Shown here: positions 19,686-29,667 of the stretch, piece by piece | Layout of the letters: each line of letters begins with the position of its first letter | Position numbering within the stretch: the stretch's first letter is position 1 | Source: an uncultured Lachnospiraceae bacterium | Lineage (GTDB): Bacteria; Bacillota; Clostridia; Lachnospirales; Lachnospiraceae | Length of the DNA stretch: 64,000 bases | NCBI GenBank assembly: GCA_964507745.1 | Contig: CAZDRM010000001.1 | Location: forward strand, 1,999-65,998 | Direction of reading: 5' to 3' | Program-made: the position numbers and the translations under genes | The notes under the pieces: model-generated | The model's database searches: none | Seen by the model: only the letters and a program-made list of their open reading frames with translations | Told to the model about the DNA's origin: nothing

Positions 19686-20621
19686 TTATGACTTTCTTGG
19701 CAAATATTCTGCAATAATAGAGGTTGGCCTTCCTTTGACTTCCAACATGATTTGTCCAACATACTCTGCAATGATCAGCAAGCCAACAAACAACAAACCA
19801 AATAGAATACTCATAATCAAAATGATGACCCACATCGCTCTCCACATATTTCCGGTTATAACAATTCCCACAATGGAAGCAGCAAAGAGTATAAAATCAA
19901 TTGGGAGAAACCAGAATAACTTACGCAATGGTTCAATAGAAATCCCTGTAATACTTGCCAATGCATAAGGAATCATATTTTTTAAATTATATTTTGTTTT
20001 TCCCGCATATCTTTTATCCCTGTCGTATTCAAGAATTTCTGTTTTCATCCCCACATAGGGAACCATAACCCTGAACACGCTGTTAACTTCCGGCATGGAC
20101 AATAAAATATCCAGAGCTTTTCTGGATAACAGACGAAAATTTGCTGCGCTTTTTTCCAGTTTCAATTTACCTGATAAAGAGTCCAATACCTTATAATAAC
20201 AGGCTGCCGTAATCTTCTTAAATAAATTATCATTACTGCGCTTAATTCTGCTGCATACTACAACCTCAGCTCCCTTTTCCCATTTAGCAATCATTTCCGG
20301 TAGTAATGCCGGCGGATCCTGAAGATCTGCATCCATAACAATGACTGCATCTCCCTGTGCCTTTTGCAATCCGGCATTTACCGCTCCCTCAAGCCCAAAA
20401 TTCCTACTCAGGCACACAAGGCTGATATGCCCAGGATGAGTTTGCTGTTCAGAAAGCATTTGAGCATATGTTCCATCTTTAGAACCGTCATTTACCAATA
20501 TAATCTCATAATCATATTGTTCTTTTACTCTCCCTAAAGCCGCCAGTGTCTCTTCACAATACTCATGTACCAGCTTCTCTTCATTATACATTGGCGCTAC
20601 AACTGAAACTAATTTTTTCAT
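19686..20621 (-). CDS. GtrB/YkoT-like undecaprenyl-phosphate glycosyltransferase (GT2)
   Basis: PMYNE, VNDGSKD, LSRNFG, MDADLQDPP, FRL, two C-terminal TMs, EYVGQI..EVKGRP. Confidence 0.9.
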   Translation of the reverse strand: MKKLVSVVAPMYNEEKLVHEYCEETLAALGRVKEQYDYEIILVNDGSKDGTYAQMLSEQQTHPGHISLVCLSRNFGLEGAVNAGLQKAQGDAVIVMDADLQDPPALLPEMIAKWEKGAEVVVCSRIKRSNDNLFKKITAACYYKVLDSLSGKLKLEKSAANFRLLSRKALDILLSMPEVNSVFRVMVPYVGMKTEILEYDRDKRYAGKTKYNLKNMIPYALASITGISIEPLRKLFWFLPIDFILFAASIVGIVITGNMWRAMWVIILIMSILFGLLFVGLLIIAEYVGQIMLEVKGRPTSIIAEYLPRKS

Positions 20622-22814
20622 TTACTCTACCTTTTCTATTACCATGGATTTAAATTCTATTCCCGGAACATTTACATACATTCTAAGTTCACATCGGTCA
20701 TCGGCATCATCAAGTACTACTCCTTCTAATTTAACCTCTGTATTTCCAGCATAAAACTCTGCTGATGCAATAACGTTCAATGATAAACACATATCTACCA
20801 TCCCCAGCGCTTTACCACTCTCTATGCTACCGTCATAGTCATACTGAAAGGTTACATTATAAACTCCTTTTTCAATACGCTTTCCCGGTCCATATACTAA
20901 ATAGCCTGATGCTGTAGAAACATAGTTATCTTTACTTTCTGCCACGGCAGATACTAAAATATCCTCCTGTCCTGTCAACTCAAGTTCCTCTCCTGCTTCA
21001 TCAGGAAAGAAAGCATCAGGATATGTGATCAGATCATGAAACAATTCCGGATAATCCCCATATATTTCATCAAAATGCTGCTGTAATTTTTCATAATCTT
21101 CCCTGTCATAATGAGAATTTCTTATATAAACATTAGCTATAACTCCGTTATCCAGTTTAAACCTGTCCACAAAATCATAATGCCTTCCCAAATAAGAATC
21201 CGAATCCAAGATTAGTTCTGTAAAATAAGTAATGATCTGTTGCGTTTCCTCTGGAGTATGAATCTGTTTTGGCTCTCCGACAATTACTACATCTGTCCCA
21301 AACAATTCCACAGGAAATCCATCTCTTAAATCTACATTTTTTGTATCATAGAGATGTGGAACAGGATTATTATTAAGAGGCAGTCTCGCCTTCTTTAATG
21401 TATCAGAATTTAAAATTTGCGAACTGGATACAACATACGCCCACTTTCCATTTGACTCATTTGCAAGACTATTAACACAATCTATCAGGCTGTTAACATC
21501 TTCTAAGTCATTCCTCACTTTTGCCTCATAATACCTCGTTGAAAAAAGATTACAAATATTCACTCCGTTGAAAACCGGTACGTAACATATTATCATGCTG
21601 GACATTCCCCAAGCTATCCCCACTGTTGTCAGAATAATGCCTTCTTTCTTCTCCAACCGTTCGGCCAGACCGAATAATCCGATGCATGCCATTATCATTA
21701 CCTGAATCACAATCAGGTAATATTGATGCCAATTCATCTGCAATTCCCGCCATAATAAAAACGTGGCAAGTATTACATTAATGAAATACATGGCAACAAC
21801 GGCAACCAACCCCTTATAAAATCTGCACATAAGAGGTGCCAGAACAATTGTCATAAATAGTATTCCCCAGCCAAACACAATCAATATTCTTCCAAATTTA
21901 TCAGCATATGAAACATCATATGCCTTATAAGCATAATAGAAATTATTAAATACTGAACGCATTAAAAACCGATTGAAGGCGGTCAGCAGAACCGCAAGAG
22001 ATATTCCGCCTATTACAAACATATCTATTACATAATTTATGAATATTTTCTTTCTTTCCTCTTTATTATTTGCAAATTGATATATTGCAACAAATAGGAC
22101 GGAAAAAACGTAGCCTACGACCCAATATGCAAAATGGCGCCTGAATAAAACCAGAAGCAACAGTCCAATGGCAATCAGCACACACCTTGAAACATCTATT
22201 CTGCAAAAATCAAAATCTAATGACAACATTAATACACCTGATATTAGTAATAATATCGGTGGGTCCATAAATCCATCCAGTAAAACATAATAAATAATAG
22301 GCGTTGCCCCAATAAATAACAATATATTCCAGAATTTTGACCTGTTAATCTGAAATTTCCTCAGTATTTTATATGTCAGCAGGCTTATCAAAAACAATGC
22401 CGGACACATATAAAAAAACTGATTAATTACCACATACCTCGCAAAGGAATTTCCCAAAAGTCTTAATGGCAGTGCAATTAAAATCGGCATAAAACGATTA
22501 TAATCCTGTTCATTAATTGAATGATAAATCCCTTTTAATGCTCCTAACGGTGTTTCAAACAAGTCGTGGGATACACTGATTGCCGTTGTCCACTCTCTCC
22601 CATAATCCCAATAGTATATGAAATGATTTTGTTTTATCAATATACAAATTATGCCTGTAACGCCAAATAGAATAAAAAAAGAAAAAATCCAATCTATTCT
22701 TGTCAGTGCTTTAATCTCAGATAATGCATTTCCTTTTTTTAATGCGCCCCAAATATATAAATAGAATAAACAGGGTGCTAAACAGGCAATCATAAAACCT
22801 CCGGCAACATTCAT
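20622..22814 (-). CDS. Polytopic membrane protein, probable GT-C fold glycosyltransferase with extracellular C-terminal domain
   Basis: About 12 TMs, YYWD in the first outer loop, GFMD, C-terminal YLVYGP..IEKGVY; abuts gtrB. Confidence 0.6.
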   Translation of the reverse strand: MNVAGGFMIACLAPCLFYLYIWGALKKGNALSEIKALTRIDWIFSFFILFGVTGIICILIKQNHFIYYWDYGREWTTAISVSHDLFETPLGALKGIYHSINEQDYNRFMPILIALPLRLLGNSFARYVVINQFFYMCPALFLISLLTYKILRKFQINRSKFWNILLFIGATPIIYYVLLDGFMDPPILLLISGVLMLSLDFDFCRIDVSRCVLIAIGLLLLVLFRRHFAYWVVGYVFSVLFVAIYQFANNKEERKKIFINYVIDMFVIGGISLAVLLTAFNRFLMRSVFNNFYYAYKAYDVSYADKFGRILIVFGWGILFMTIVLAPLMCRFYKGLVAVVAMYFINVILATFLLWRELQMNWHQYYLIVIQVMIMACIGLFGLAERLEKKEGIILTTVGIAWGMSSMIICYVPVFNGVNICNLFSTRYYEAKVRNDLEDVNSLIDCVNSLANESNGKWAYVVSSSQILNSDTLKKARLPLNNNPVPHLYDTKNVDLRDGFPVELFGTDVVIVGEPKQIHTPEETQQIITYFTELILDSDSYLGRHYDFVDRFKLDNGVIANVYIRNSHYDREDYEKLQQHFDEIYGDYPELFHDLITYPDAFFPDEAGEELELTGQEDILVSAVAESKDNYVSTASGYLVYGPGKRIEKGVYNVTFQYDYDGSIESGKALGMVDMCLSLNVIASAEFYAGNTEVKLEGVVLDDADDRCELRMYVNVPGIEFKSMVIEKVE

Positions 22815-23737
22815 TTATTGCTGTCCTCCTGCTTCCTAAAAAAATCTATTGTCTTTCTAATTCCTTCCTCAAAATCCACCTGAGGCTTATAGCCCGTATC
22901 CAACTGCAGTTTTGTAATATCTACTACCGAATTATCAATCCTGTTGGTTTTATAGGGCAAATCCCCAATTCCCAATTCTGCATGAGGATTGATTTGATTC
23001 TTTAATATTTCCACATACTCACGCATTGGTCTGGAAAGGCCGCTTCCTGTTATATATACCTGATTTGCTCTTCCCTTTTCTCCAACCAAATATAAAGATA
23101 ATATCAAATCATCAATATAGATATAATCCCATTTTTGCTCCAATTTTGTAAAAGAAGGCCTTTTACCTGCTAACAGCATTTGAATTGCATAAGTTATCAA
23201 ATTATTATCCGTTCTGCCGGGTCCATAAATACTCGGAATCAAAATCCAGTTAAAATCCAGTTCATTTTGCCTGGCATACAAATCACAATATATATGCACC
23301 GCAGCTTTTGTCGCACTATACATATCCGCCGGAGAAACTGCCTGTGTCCCGTCTACCGCCGTATCTTCATACGCATACTCGCTTACGGAACCTGTGCAAA
23401 TTACTTTTTGACAGCCGTGCTCTTTTGCCAATTCCATAATAAACATGGCATACTCAATATTTTTCATTTGCAGCCTTCTGTCATTTTTGTAAGTTGTACT
23501 AACCCCTACCCATGCCAGATGATATATAGTGTCAAATTTCTCATTTTGCAGTTTTGTTTTTACATCATCTGCATCATCCAGATTTCCTTCAATAAGCACA
23601 AGATTTTCTCGTTTTTTCAGTTTTTCTGCTTCTTGCGGTAATACTAATGCTATTACCTTCCTATTTTCACATAATAATTTTTCAACTAATGCTCGTCCAA
23701 TAAATCCGGCTGCGCCTGTAACAAAAACCTTTTCCAC
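22811..23737 (-). CDS. NAD-dependent epimerase/4-ketoreductase acting on a CDP-sugar
   Basis: GAAGFIG, HLAW, GSVSEY, YSATK, WDYIYIDD; follows rfbG. Confidence 0.85.
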   Translation of the reverse strand: MEKVFVTGAAGFIGRALVEKLLCENRKVIALVLPQEAEKLKKRENLVLIEGNLDDADDVKTKLQNEKFDTIYHLAWVGVSTTYKNDRRLQMKNIEYAMFIMELAKEHGCQKVICTGSVSEYAYEDTAVDGTQAVSPADMYSATKAAVHIYCDLYARQNELDFNWILIPSIYGPGRTDNNLITYAIQMLLAGKRPSFTKLEQKWDYIYIDDLILSLYLVGEKGRANQVYITGSGLSRPMREYVEILKNQINPHAELGIGDLPYKTNRIDNSVVDITKLQLDTGYKPQVDFEEGIRKTIDFFRKQEDSNK

Positions 23738-23740
23738 TTT

Positions 23741-24790
23741 TTATGCCCTCAAATATTCTTCAATTTCCGCATCCATAATTTCCGGTATATTGCCACCCGT
23801 CTGATATACCTTGGTCCATTCAACCACTTTATTTATAGCCGTATCGATATGCCAATGCGGTTTCCATCCAAACACTCTCTTGATTTTAGAACAGTCGAGC
23901 TTTAAAAAATTAGCTTCATGAGGTCCTCCCACATTTTGATTTTCCCAAGAAGCCTCTCCCCATTTGTTACAGAATAAATTCACTAAATCGCCTGTCGTTA
24001 AGCAGTCGCACTCATCAGGTCCCACATTATACCATCCCTGAAGAGTCTTATCAAAATACTGCGCTTTCGCAATCATCAAATATGCAAACAATGGTTCTAA
24101 CACATGCTGATATGGTCTGGTAGAATAAGGATTTCGAACCCCTATGGTTTTTCCATCCATTACAGCACGAACGCAATCCGGTACGACACGGTCATTGGCA
24201 AAATCCCCGCCTCCGATTACATTTCCTGCCCTTGCTGTGGAAATTGCCACTTCTCCATCTTTAAAAAAACTATTATAATAAGAATGTGTTACTAATTCCG
24301 AACAGGATTTACTATTGGAATATGGATCATATCCATCCAGCATTTCATCCTCACGGTACCCCCATTCCCATTCCCTGTTATAATATACTTTATCAGTTGT
24401 AACATTCAGAAATGATTTTACCGTTGTTGATTTTCTGACGCATTCCAAAATATTTACCGTTCCCATGACATTCACTTCATAGGTGTATTGTGGCTCCTGA
24501 TAACTGTCCCTCACAATAGGTTGTGCCGCCAAATGAAGAACAATTTCCGGCTGTGCTTCGTTAAAAGCCCTCAATAAACGCTCAAAATCCCTGACATCTC
24601 CGATAATGCTTTTTATGTTTCCATCTATTCCGGCCATTTCAAACAATGCCGGCCGGGTCGGAGGCTCTAACGAATATCCCGTCACATCCGCTCCGGCTTT
24701 AATCAAAATTCTGCATAACCAGGTCCCCTTAAATCCTGTATGCCCGGTTATAAAAACTTTCTTTCCTTTATAAAACTCCATAATATCCAT
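23741..24790 (-). CDS. rfbG: CDP-glucose 4,6-dehydratase
   Basis: TGHTGFKGTWL, HLAAQPIV, TTDKVY, DPYSNSK, RAGNVIGGGD, RPYQHVLEPL, HEANFLKLD. Confidence 0.95.
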   Translation of the reverse strand: MDIMEFYKGKKVFITGHTGFKGTWLCRILIKAGADVTGYSLEPPTRPALFEMAGIDGNIKSIIGDVRDFERLLRAFNEAQPEIVLHLAAQPIVRDSYQEPQYTYEVNVMGTVNILECVRKSTTVKSFLNVTTDKVYYNREWEWGYREDEMLDGYDPYSNSKSCSELVTHSYYNSFFKDGEVAISTARAGNVIGGGDFANDRVVPDCVRAVMDGKTIGVRNPYSTRPYQHVLEPLFAYLMIAKAQYFDKTLQGWYNVGPDECDCLTTGDLVNLFCNKWGEASWENQNVGGPHEANFLKLDCSKIKRVFGWKPHWHIDTAINKVVEWTKVYQTGGNIPEIMDAEIEEYLRA

Positions 24791-24791
24791 A

Positions 24792-25565
24792 TTATTCCCA
24801 TGCCTTCCAAGGAGCGGTTCCGTCAGCCCACATTTCTTCTAATTTTTGTCTTTCTCTTACAGTATCCATACATTGCCAGAATCCATTATGCTTATACGCC
24901 ATAAGTTGCTTTTGAGCTGCTGCTTCCATCAATGGTTTCTTCTCAAAAACAGTATCATCGCCGGTAATATAATCGAAAATCTCCGGCTGGCATACCATGT
25001 ACCCCATATTTACCAGACTTCCGTCATTAGCTGCTTTTTCCCTAAAAGCCGTAATCTGTCCCTCTTTATTTATCTCAAGTACACCAAAACGTTGTTCCAC
25101 ATTATATGCCGACACAGTAAGCATTTTCTTGTGCTTTCTGTGGAATTCATATAATTCTTTAATATTGACATCAGAGACCCCATCTCCATAAGTCAGCATA
25201 AACGGCTCATTTCCAATATATTTTTGTACTCTTTTTACCCTTCCTCCTGTCATAGTATCAAGCCCAGTATCCACAATGGTTACCTTCCATGGTTCAGAAT
25301 AATTATTATGCACTGTCATGGAGTTGGTCTGCAAGTCAAAGGTAACATCTGTGTTGTGCAGATAATAATCAGCAAACCACTCTTTAATTACATGCTGCTT
25401 ATATCCGGCACAGATAACAAATTCATTAAAACCATAAAAAGAATACAGCTTCATAATATGCCATATAATTGGCTTGCCTCCTATTTCAATCATCGGTTTA
25501 GGCTTATAAATACTTTCCTCCGAAATTCTTGTTCCGTATCCGCCTGCTAAAATTACAACCTTCAT
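24792..25565 (-). CDS. rfbF: Glucose-1-phosphate cytidylyltransferase
   Basis: LAGGYGTRISEE, PKPMIEIGGKPI, TMTGGRVKR, LTYGDGVSD, FWQCMDT. Confidence 0.95.
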   Translation of the reverse strand: MKVVILAGGYGTRISEESIYKPKPMIEIGGKPIIWHIMKLYSFYGFNEFVICAGYKQHVIKEWFADYYLHNTDVTFDLQTNSMTVHNNYSEPWKVTIVDTGLDTMTGGRVKRVQKYIGNEPFMLTYGDGVSDVNIKELYEFHRKHKKMLTVSAYNVEQRFGVLEINKEGQITAFREKAANDGSLVNMGYMVCQPEIFDYITGDDTVFEKKPLMEAAAQKQLMAYKHNGFWQCMDTVRERQKLEEMWADGTAPWKAWE

Positions 25566-25618
25566 TTTCAAATCGACAGTTTAACCGTCTTCCTCCTTTA
25601 TCTGCTATTTCTATCTTT

Positions 25619-28024
25619 TCAGGTGCTAATCCCTCTAAGTTTAAGATAAGTTTTTTTGAGCTTTTCTCTTGCATGACTTCCGCTGGGGAAAAAAACATTA
25701 ACAACAGGCATAATTATTTTTCTTTTTATTTTGGTTTTTAAAGGCATCTTTACAGATTTTGGTTCTATTACAGATTCCTGACATATGATTAGCCGCCTTT
25801 CCAAATCATTAATTTTTTCTCCCCATTCACGTTTCATTTGATATTCCGGACTTTTTAACAACAGCAATTCGTAAAATGGGGTTTTCTTGGCATATTTCCA
25901 ATAAAATTCATAAAAATCCGCATCTATTGTTTTATAAGGCATCTGCTTATCAGCATAATGGATAATTTTAGGATTTTTTCTTGCTTCCAAATATTCGTCA
26001 TAATATTCACTGGGCAACCAGTAATCACATACATTTGCTAAATCTTTACTCATAGACAGTACATTCCAGCTGTTATGAAGTATTTTAATTTTGCCTTTAC
26101 ATACGATATTAAGCACATCCTGGTCGCAAAAAATAAATTTATTTTCACTGGCCATTTTAAGCAATTCGTCAGCATGACATAATTGATTAATCTTTCTGGT
26201 ATTTATTAACTGTACTCCACCTTGAAAATAAGTCCCCACCTCCATAAGATTCCACTTTTTTAAATGCTCTTTAATAGAATTTTCATCATCTCCGCATTGA
26301 ATGCTTATAATAAACGGATCCCTGCAAGCGGCAATGCATGCCTCTCCCAAATCTGTATTATATAATTCAGCTATATTTTCATTTACAATAATATCACAAT
26401 CCAAATAGATAATTTTTTCGTAATTTTGCATCAGTTCCGGTATCAGCAATCTATAATAAGTATAATCTTCATAATCCTTATTATCATAAAAAGAATACTG
26501 TTTTACCAGTTCCTGAATATTATAAAAACGTATTTTGCAATTATGATAACTTGAAATCATGTTTTGAAGACGCCTTGCATTTCCGGCAGACATATCAGAC
26601 ACCAGTACAACTACATCATACGTACAATTTTCAGTAGAATTTTCTAATATAGAACACAGTGTAACACCTAAATATGGTGCATATTCATCACTAGACACAA
26701 ATGTAATCGGAATAACAATGTCACTTTTTTCAATGGGCGGAATTATATCTCCTTTTTCAATTTTCAAAATATATTCCTTTTTTTCTGCTTCAAATAGATT
26801 TCGATAGCCATAGGTCATATATTTCCTCTCAAAAGGCTCATTCACAATTTCATCTATTGCATCATCAAATTTACGCATAATCTCCGTCCAGATATAATTT
26901 TTCTGGACATATTCACGAGCTTTTTGACTCATTTCCTCCCTTTGATCAGAATCTGATAAAGCCTTATCTATTGCCCGATGAAATTCTTTTTCATCTGTAT
27001 ATATAATTCCTGCTCCGCTTCTTTCACAATGGCCCCTTAATACACCGCACTCTCCATTTGCCATGGCAGGAACCCCAACTGCCATTCCTTCTAATAAAGC
27101 CATGCACAAACTTTCATATTTTGAAGGTGCAATCGTCAATACCGCGCCTGCCAAACCATCAAATTTATCCTGTTCACTAACAAATCCGGTGCACAGAATA
27201 TCCGGCCTTTCGGGAATATCCATGTTGGTCTTTCCAATTAAAACAAGGGCAAGCTCGCCGGGATTTTTATCTTTATACGAAATAAAGTAATTAATCATTA
27301 CATCACAACTTTTTGAAGCATCAACCCGCCCAATAAATGCCAGATAACTTCCTGAAATATGATATTTTTCCCTAAAACGTTCCGGTTTTACATCATCAGG
27401 AGTCTCGATTCCTACCGCAATAAAGTCACTGGGAACATTTTCATTGTGTAAAATACTCTGAACCATATCCCGTTCTTCTACCGCATTATACATAATTTTT
27501 CGCGGCAGTTGAAACAGTCTTTGATACATATTCAAACGAAGCCATGGTTCATCATGGGCAGTCGGAATAAACAATGCCTTATCCGCTACTTCAGGAAGTC
27601 CGTAAACCGTGTGGTAATAAAGATATGTTTCAAATATGAATACATCATAACAATCACGATTCTGTTTTATAAATTCTATCATTTGAGGGCAATATGGCCC
27701 CTGATAGTCAATCCAGGCATAAGCGTCCTTATCACTAATAGGCTGTCCATTGATAAGAGCAGGCAGTATTCTATTTGTAACTTCCTCCATCTCCTTTTCC
27801 CTACGCGGGAACTCCACCGGAAATCGATGCACTGTTATTCCATTTACAACATCTACCCCGGCTTCATAATGATTATCCCATGTCATATAATCCATTGCTG
27901 TAGTTGTAATAACTTGCACATCATATTTCTCAATAAGCCTCTCAGCAAAAAGCATCGCTTCATATTCCCCGCCTCCGCTGACTTCATTTCCATATCTCTG
28001 TACTACGATCCCAATTTTCCTCAT
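25619..28024 (-). CDS. Bifunctional glycosyltransferase, GT4 plus GT8
   Basis: GT4: YG.EV.GG.E, PTAHDE, ESLCMALLEG; GT8: YYRLLIP, YLDCD, DQDVLN, IIHYA. Confidence 0.9.
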   Translation of the reverse strand: MRKIGIVVQRYGNEVSGGGEYEAMLFAERLIEKYDVQVITTTAMDYMTWDNHYEAGVDVVNGITVHRFPVEFPRREKEMEEVTNRILPALINGQPISDKDAYAWIDYQGPYCPQMIEFIKQNRDCYDVFIFETYLYYHTVYGLPEVADKALFIPTAHDEPWLRLNMYQRLFQLPRKIMYNAVEERDMVQSILHNENVPSDFIAVGIETPDDVKPERFREKYHISGSYLAFIGRVDASKSCDVMINYFISYKDKNPGELALVLIGKTNMDIPERPDILCTGFVSEQDKFDGLAGAVLTIAPSKYESLCMALLEGMAVGVPAMANGECGVLRGHCERSGAGIIYTDEKEFHRAIDKALSDSDQREEMSQKAREYVQKNYIWTEIMRKFDDAIDEIVNEPFERKYMTYGYRNLFEAEKKEYILKIEKGDIIPPIEKSDIVIPITFVSSDEYAPYLGVTLCSILENSTENCTYDVVVLVSDMSAGNARRLQNMISSYHNCKIRFYNIQELVKQYSFYDNKDYEDYTYYRLLIPELMQNYEKIIYLDCDIIVNENIAELYNTDLGEACIAACRDPFIISIQCGDDENSIKEHLKKWNLMEVGTYFQGGVQLINTRKINQLCHADELLKMASENKFIFCDQDVLNIVCKGKIKILHNSWNVLSMSKDLANVCDYWLPSEYYDEYLEARKNPKIIHYADKQMPYKTIDADFYEFYWKYAKKTPFYELLLLKSPEYQMKREWGEKINDLERRLIICQESVIEPKSVKMPLKTKIKRKIIMPVVNVFFPSGSHAREKLKKTYLKLRGIST

Positions 28025-29091
28025 GACTCAGATATCCTTTTTATTTGCTTCAAAAATGCATTTCTCAGTTTTTCGAGATTAAAATCATCTAATCTTTGCT
28101 GCTGTTTTGTGATAACTTCCTTTCGTAAATCCTCGTTAGAAACCAGTTGTTCTATAGCAAAGCTTACTTTTGCCGGATCTTTATCTTTTAAAAGAATACC
28201 GCTTCCCCCAAGAGTCTCCGGCACTGCAGCTGCCGCATAAGCGATAATCGGTACATCAAACAGCATTGCTTCCAGCAGCGGTACACAAAATCCCTCATGC
28301 TCACTCATACATAAAAGTACGTTGGCTACGGAATAAAATCCTAAAATTTCCTTAAAACTAATATGTCCCGGAAAAATAACATCATCTACTCCTAATTCCT
28401 CTATATACTTTTCCAAACAATATTGATAAGTTGAATTAAAGAAAGAGCCAACCAAAATTAAACGAGACTTTTTATTAACATATTTCTTATAATATGCAAA
28501 TGTTCGAATTATGTCTTCCTGCTTTTTATTGGGAGCAATCCTTCCCACAAATAAAATATTTACCCAATTATCCGAATACCTATTTATTGTCTTCTGATCA
28601 GGCTCCTGCCTGAAATCGCTAAAATCCAAAAGTATAGGAGATACCGAAGTTTTGCCTGCATCATATCCCATTTTTATCAGATTATCACAATTAAACTGAC
28701 TGACTCCCCATACATAGTCAAATACATCTTTTAACTTTCCGATTTCCTTTAAACCCTTTTGTTGGAATCGAGATTGAAAACTATCATATGGCAAAAAGAA
28801 ATCCGACGGCGTAACATTATGATACATACACGCCTTTTTACATTTCCACCCCACAATCATAGTATTAATACTACTGCTTTGACACATTTGATAAATAACC
28901 AAATCATCCTCTTTCAATTCTGGCATTTTTTTAATGGAATAGACCATGGTTCTATCCAGCCGCGTATCAAAATTAACTGCATAAATGGCCGTCTCAAATC
29001 TATTTTCCTTTAAAATCTTGTAAATATTTATGGCATGATTGCTAATTGCATCTCCAAAAACAATATTTTCAATTACTTGAAAAATTCTCAT
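28021..29091 (-). CDS. GT4 glycosyltransferase
   Basis: FGDAISN, YHNVTP, FVGRIAPNK, SEHEGFCVPLLEAM. Confidence 0.9.
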   Translation of the reverse strand: MRIFQVIENIVFGDAISNHAINIYKILKENRFETAIYAVNFDTRLDRTMVYSIKKMPELKEDDLVIYQMCQSSSINTMIVGWKCKKACMYHNVTPSDFFLPYDSFQSRFQQKGLKEIGKLKDVFDYVWGVSQFNCDNLIKMGYDAGKTSVSPILLDFSDFRQEPDQKTINRYSDNWVNILFVGRIAPNKKQEDIIRTFAYYKKYVNKKSRLILVGSFFNSTYQYCLEKYIEELGVDDVIFPGHISFKEILGFYSVANVLLCMSEHEGFCVPLLEAMLFDVPIIAYAAAAVPETLGGSGILLKDKDPAKVSFAIEQLVSNEDLRKEVITKQQQRLDDFNLEKLRNAFLKQIKRISES

Positions 29092-29095
29092 CCTT

Positions 29096-29542
29096 TTACT
29101 CCTCGCGCTGTTTAGAAAAAAGCTTTTCTTTTAAATATTTATTTTCCTTTGATAACTGCTTGACCAATTCTGTAAGTTCTTCAATTACCTCTTTCTGGTC
29201 AGCCAGTTCATATTCTACTTTTCTTAATGTAGACGCAGCATGTGCGTTAAAAGAGTTTTGATCATATGTAATTGGATAAATCAAGAACACCAAAATTTTT
29301 CTAATTACCTTTCTCAAAAGAATCAAGAATTTACCAAGCAATCGATTGGAATCGATTGGCCTGTAATATGCAATTGTACAATTTTTTTCCAGCCAAAGTA
29401 CTTCTTCCTCTATTGTAAATGGATAGTAAAGAGAGTCCGGAATTATTTCCTGCATTGTCGGAATATAATGACCCTTATCAGATTTTATCTCTTCTAGTTT
29501 TTGAAAGAGCACTTCAATGGTAGCATCCTGCGAGTTCTGCAT
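29096..29542 (-). CDS. Small helical/coiled-coil hypothetical protein, GT4-associated paralog 1
   Basis: IDSNRLLGKFLILLRKVIRK...QNSFN followed by a coiled coil. Confidence 0.7.
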   Translation of the reverse strand: MQNSQDATIEVLFQKLEEIKSDKGHYIPTMQEIIPDSLYYPFTIEEEVLWLEKNCTIAYYRPIDSNRLLGKFLILLRKVIRKILVFLIYPITYDQNSFNAHAASTLRKVEYELADQKEVIEELTELVKQLSKENKYLKEKLFSKQREE

Positions 29543-29667
29543 TCTTTTCCTCCATACTTTTATTTTTCTCTTACATTTACATTTCTTCTACTTCATATAC
29601 TATTCTATCACAATTACCTAATATTTCCATATTGTGCAAAAAATATCAGCCGTTTTTAATAACCACT

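Noticed and set aside
22811-25565. 3,6-dideoxyhexose (abequose/paratose/tyvelose) pathway call
   Set aside because: The required rfbH/ddhC 3-dehydrase is not in the window
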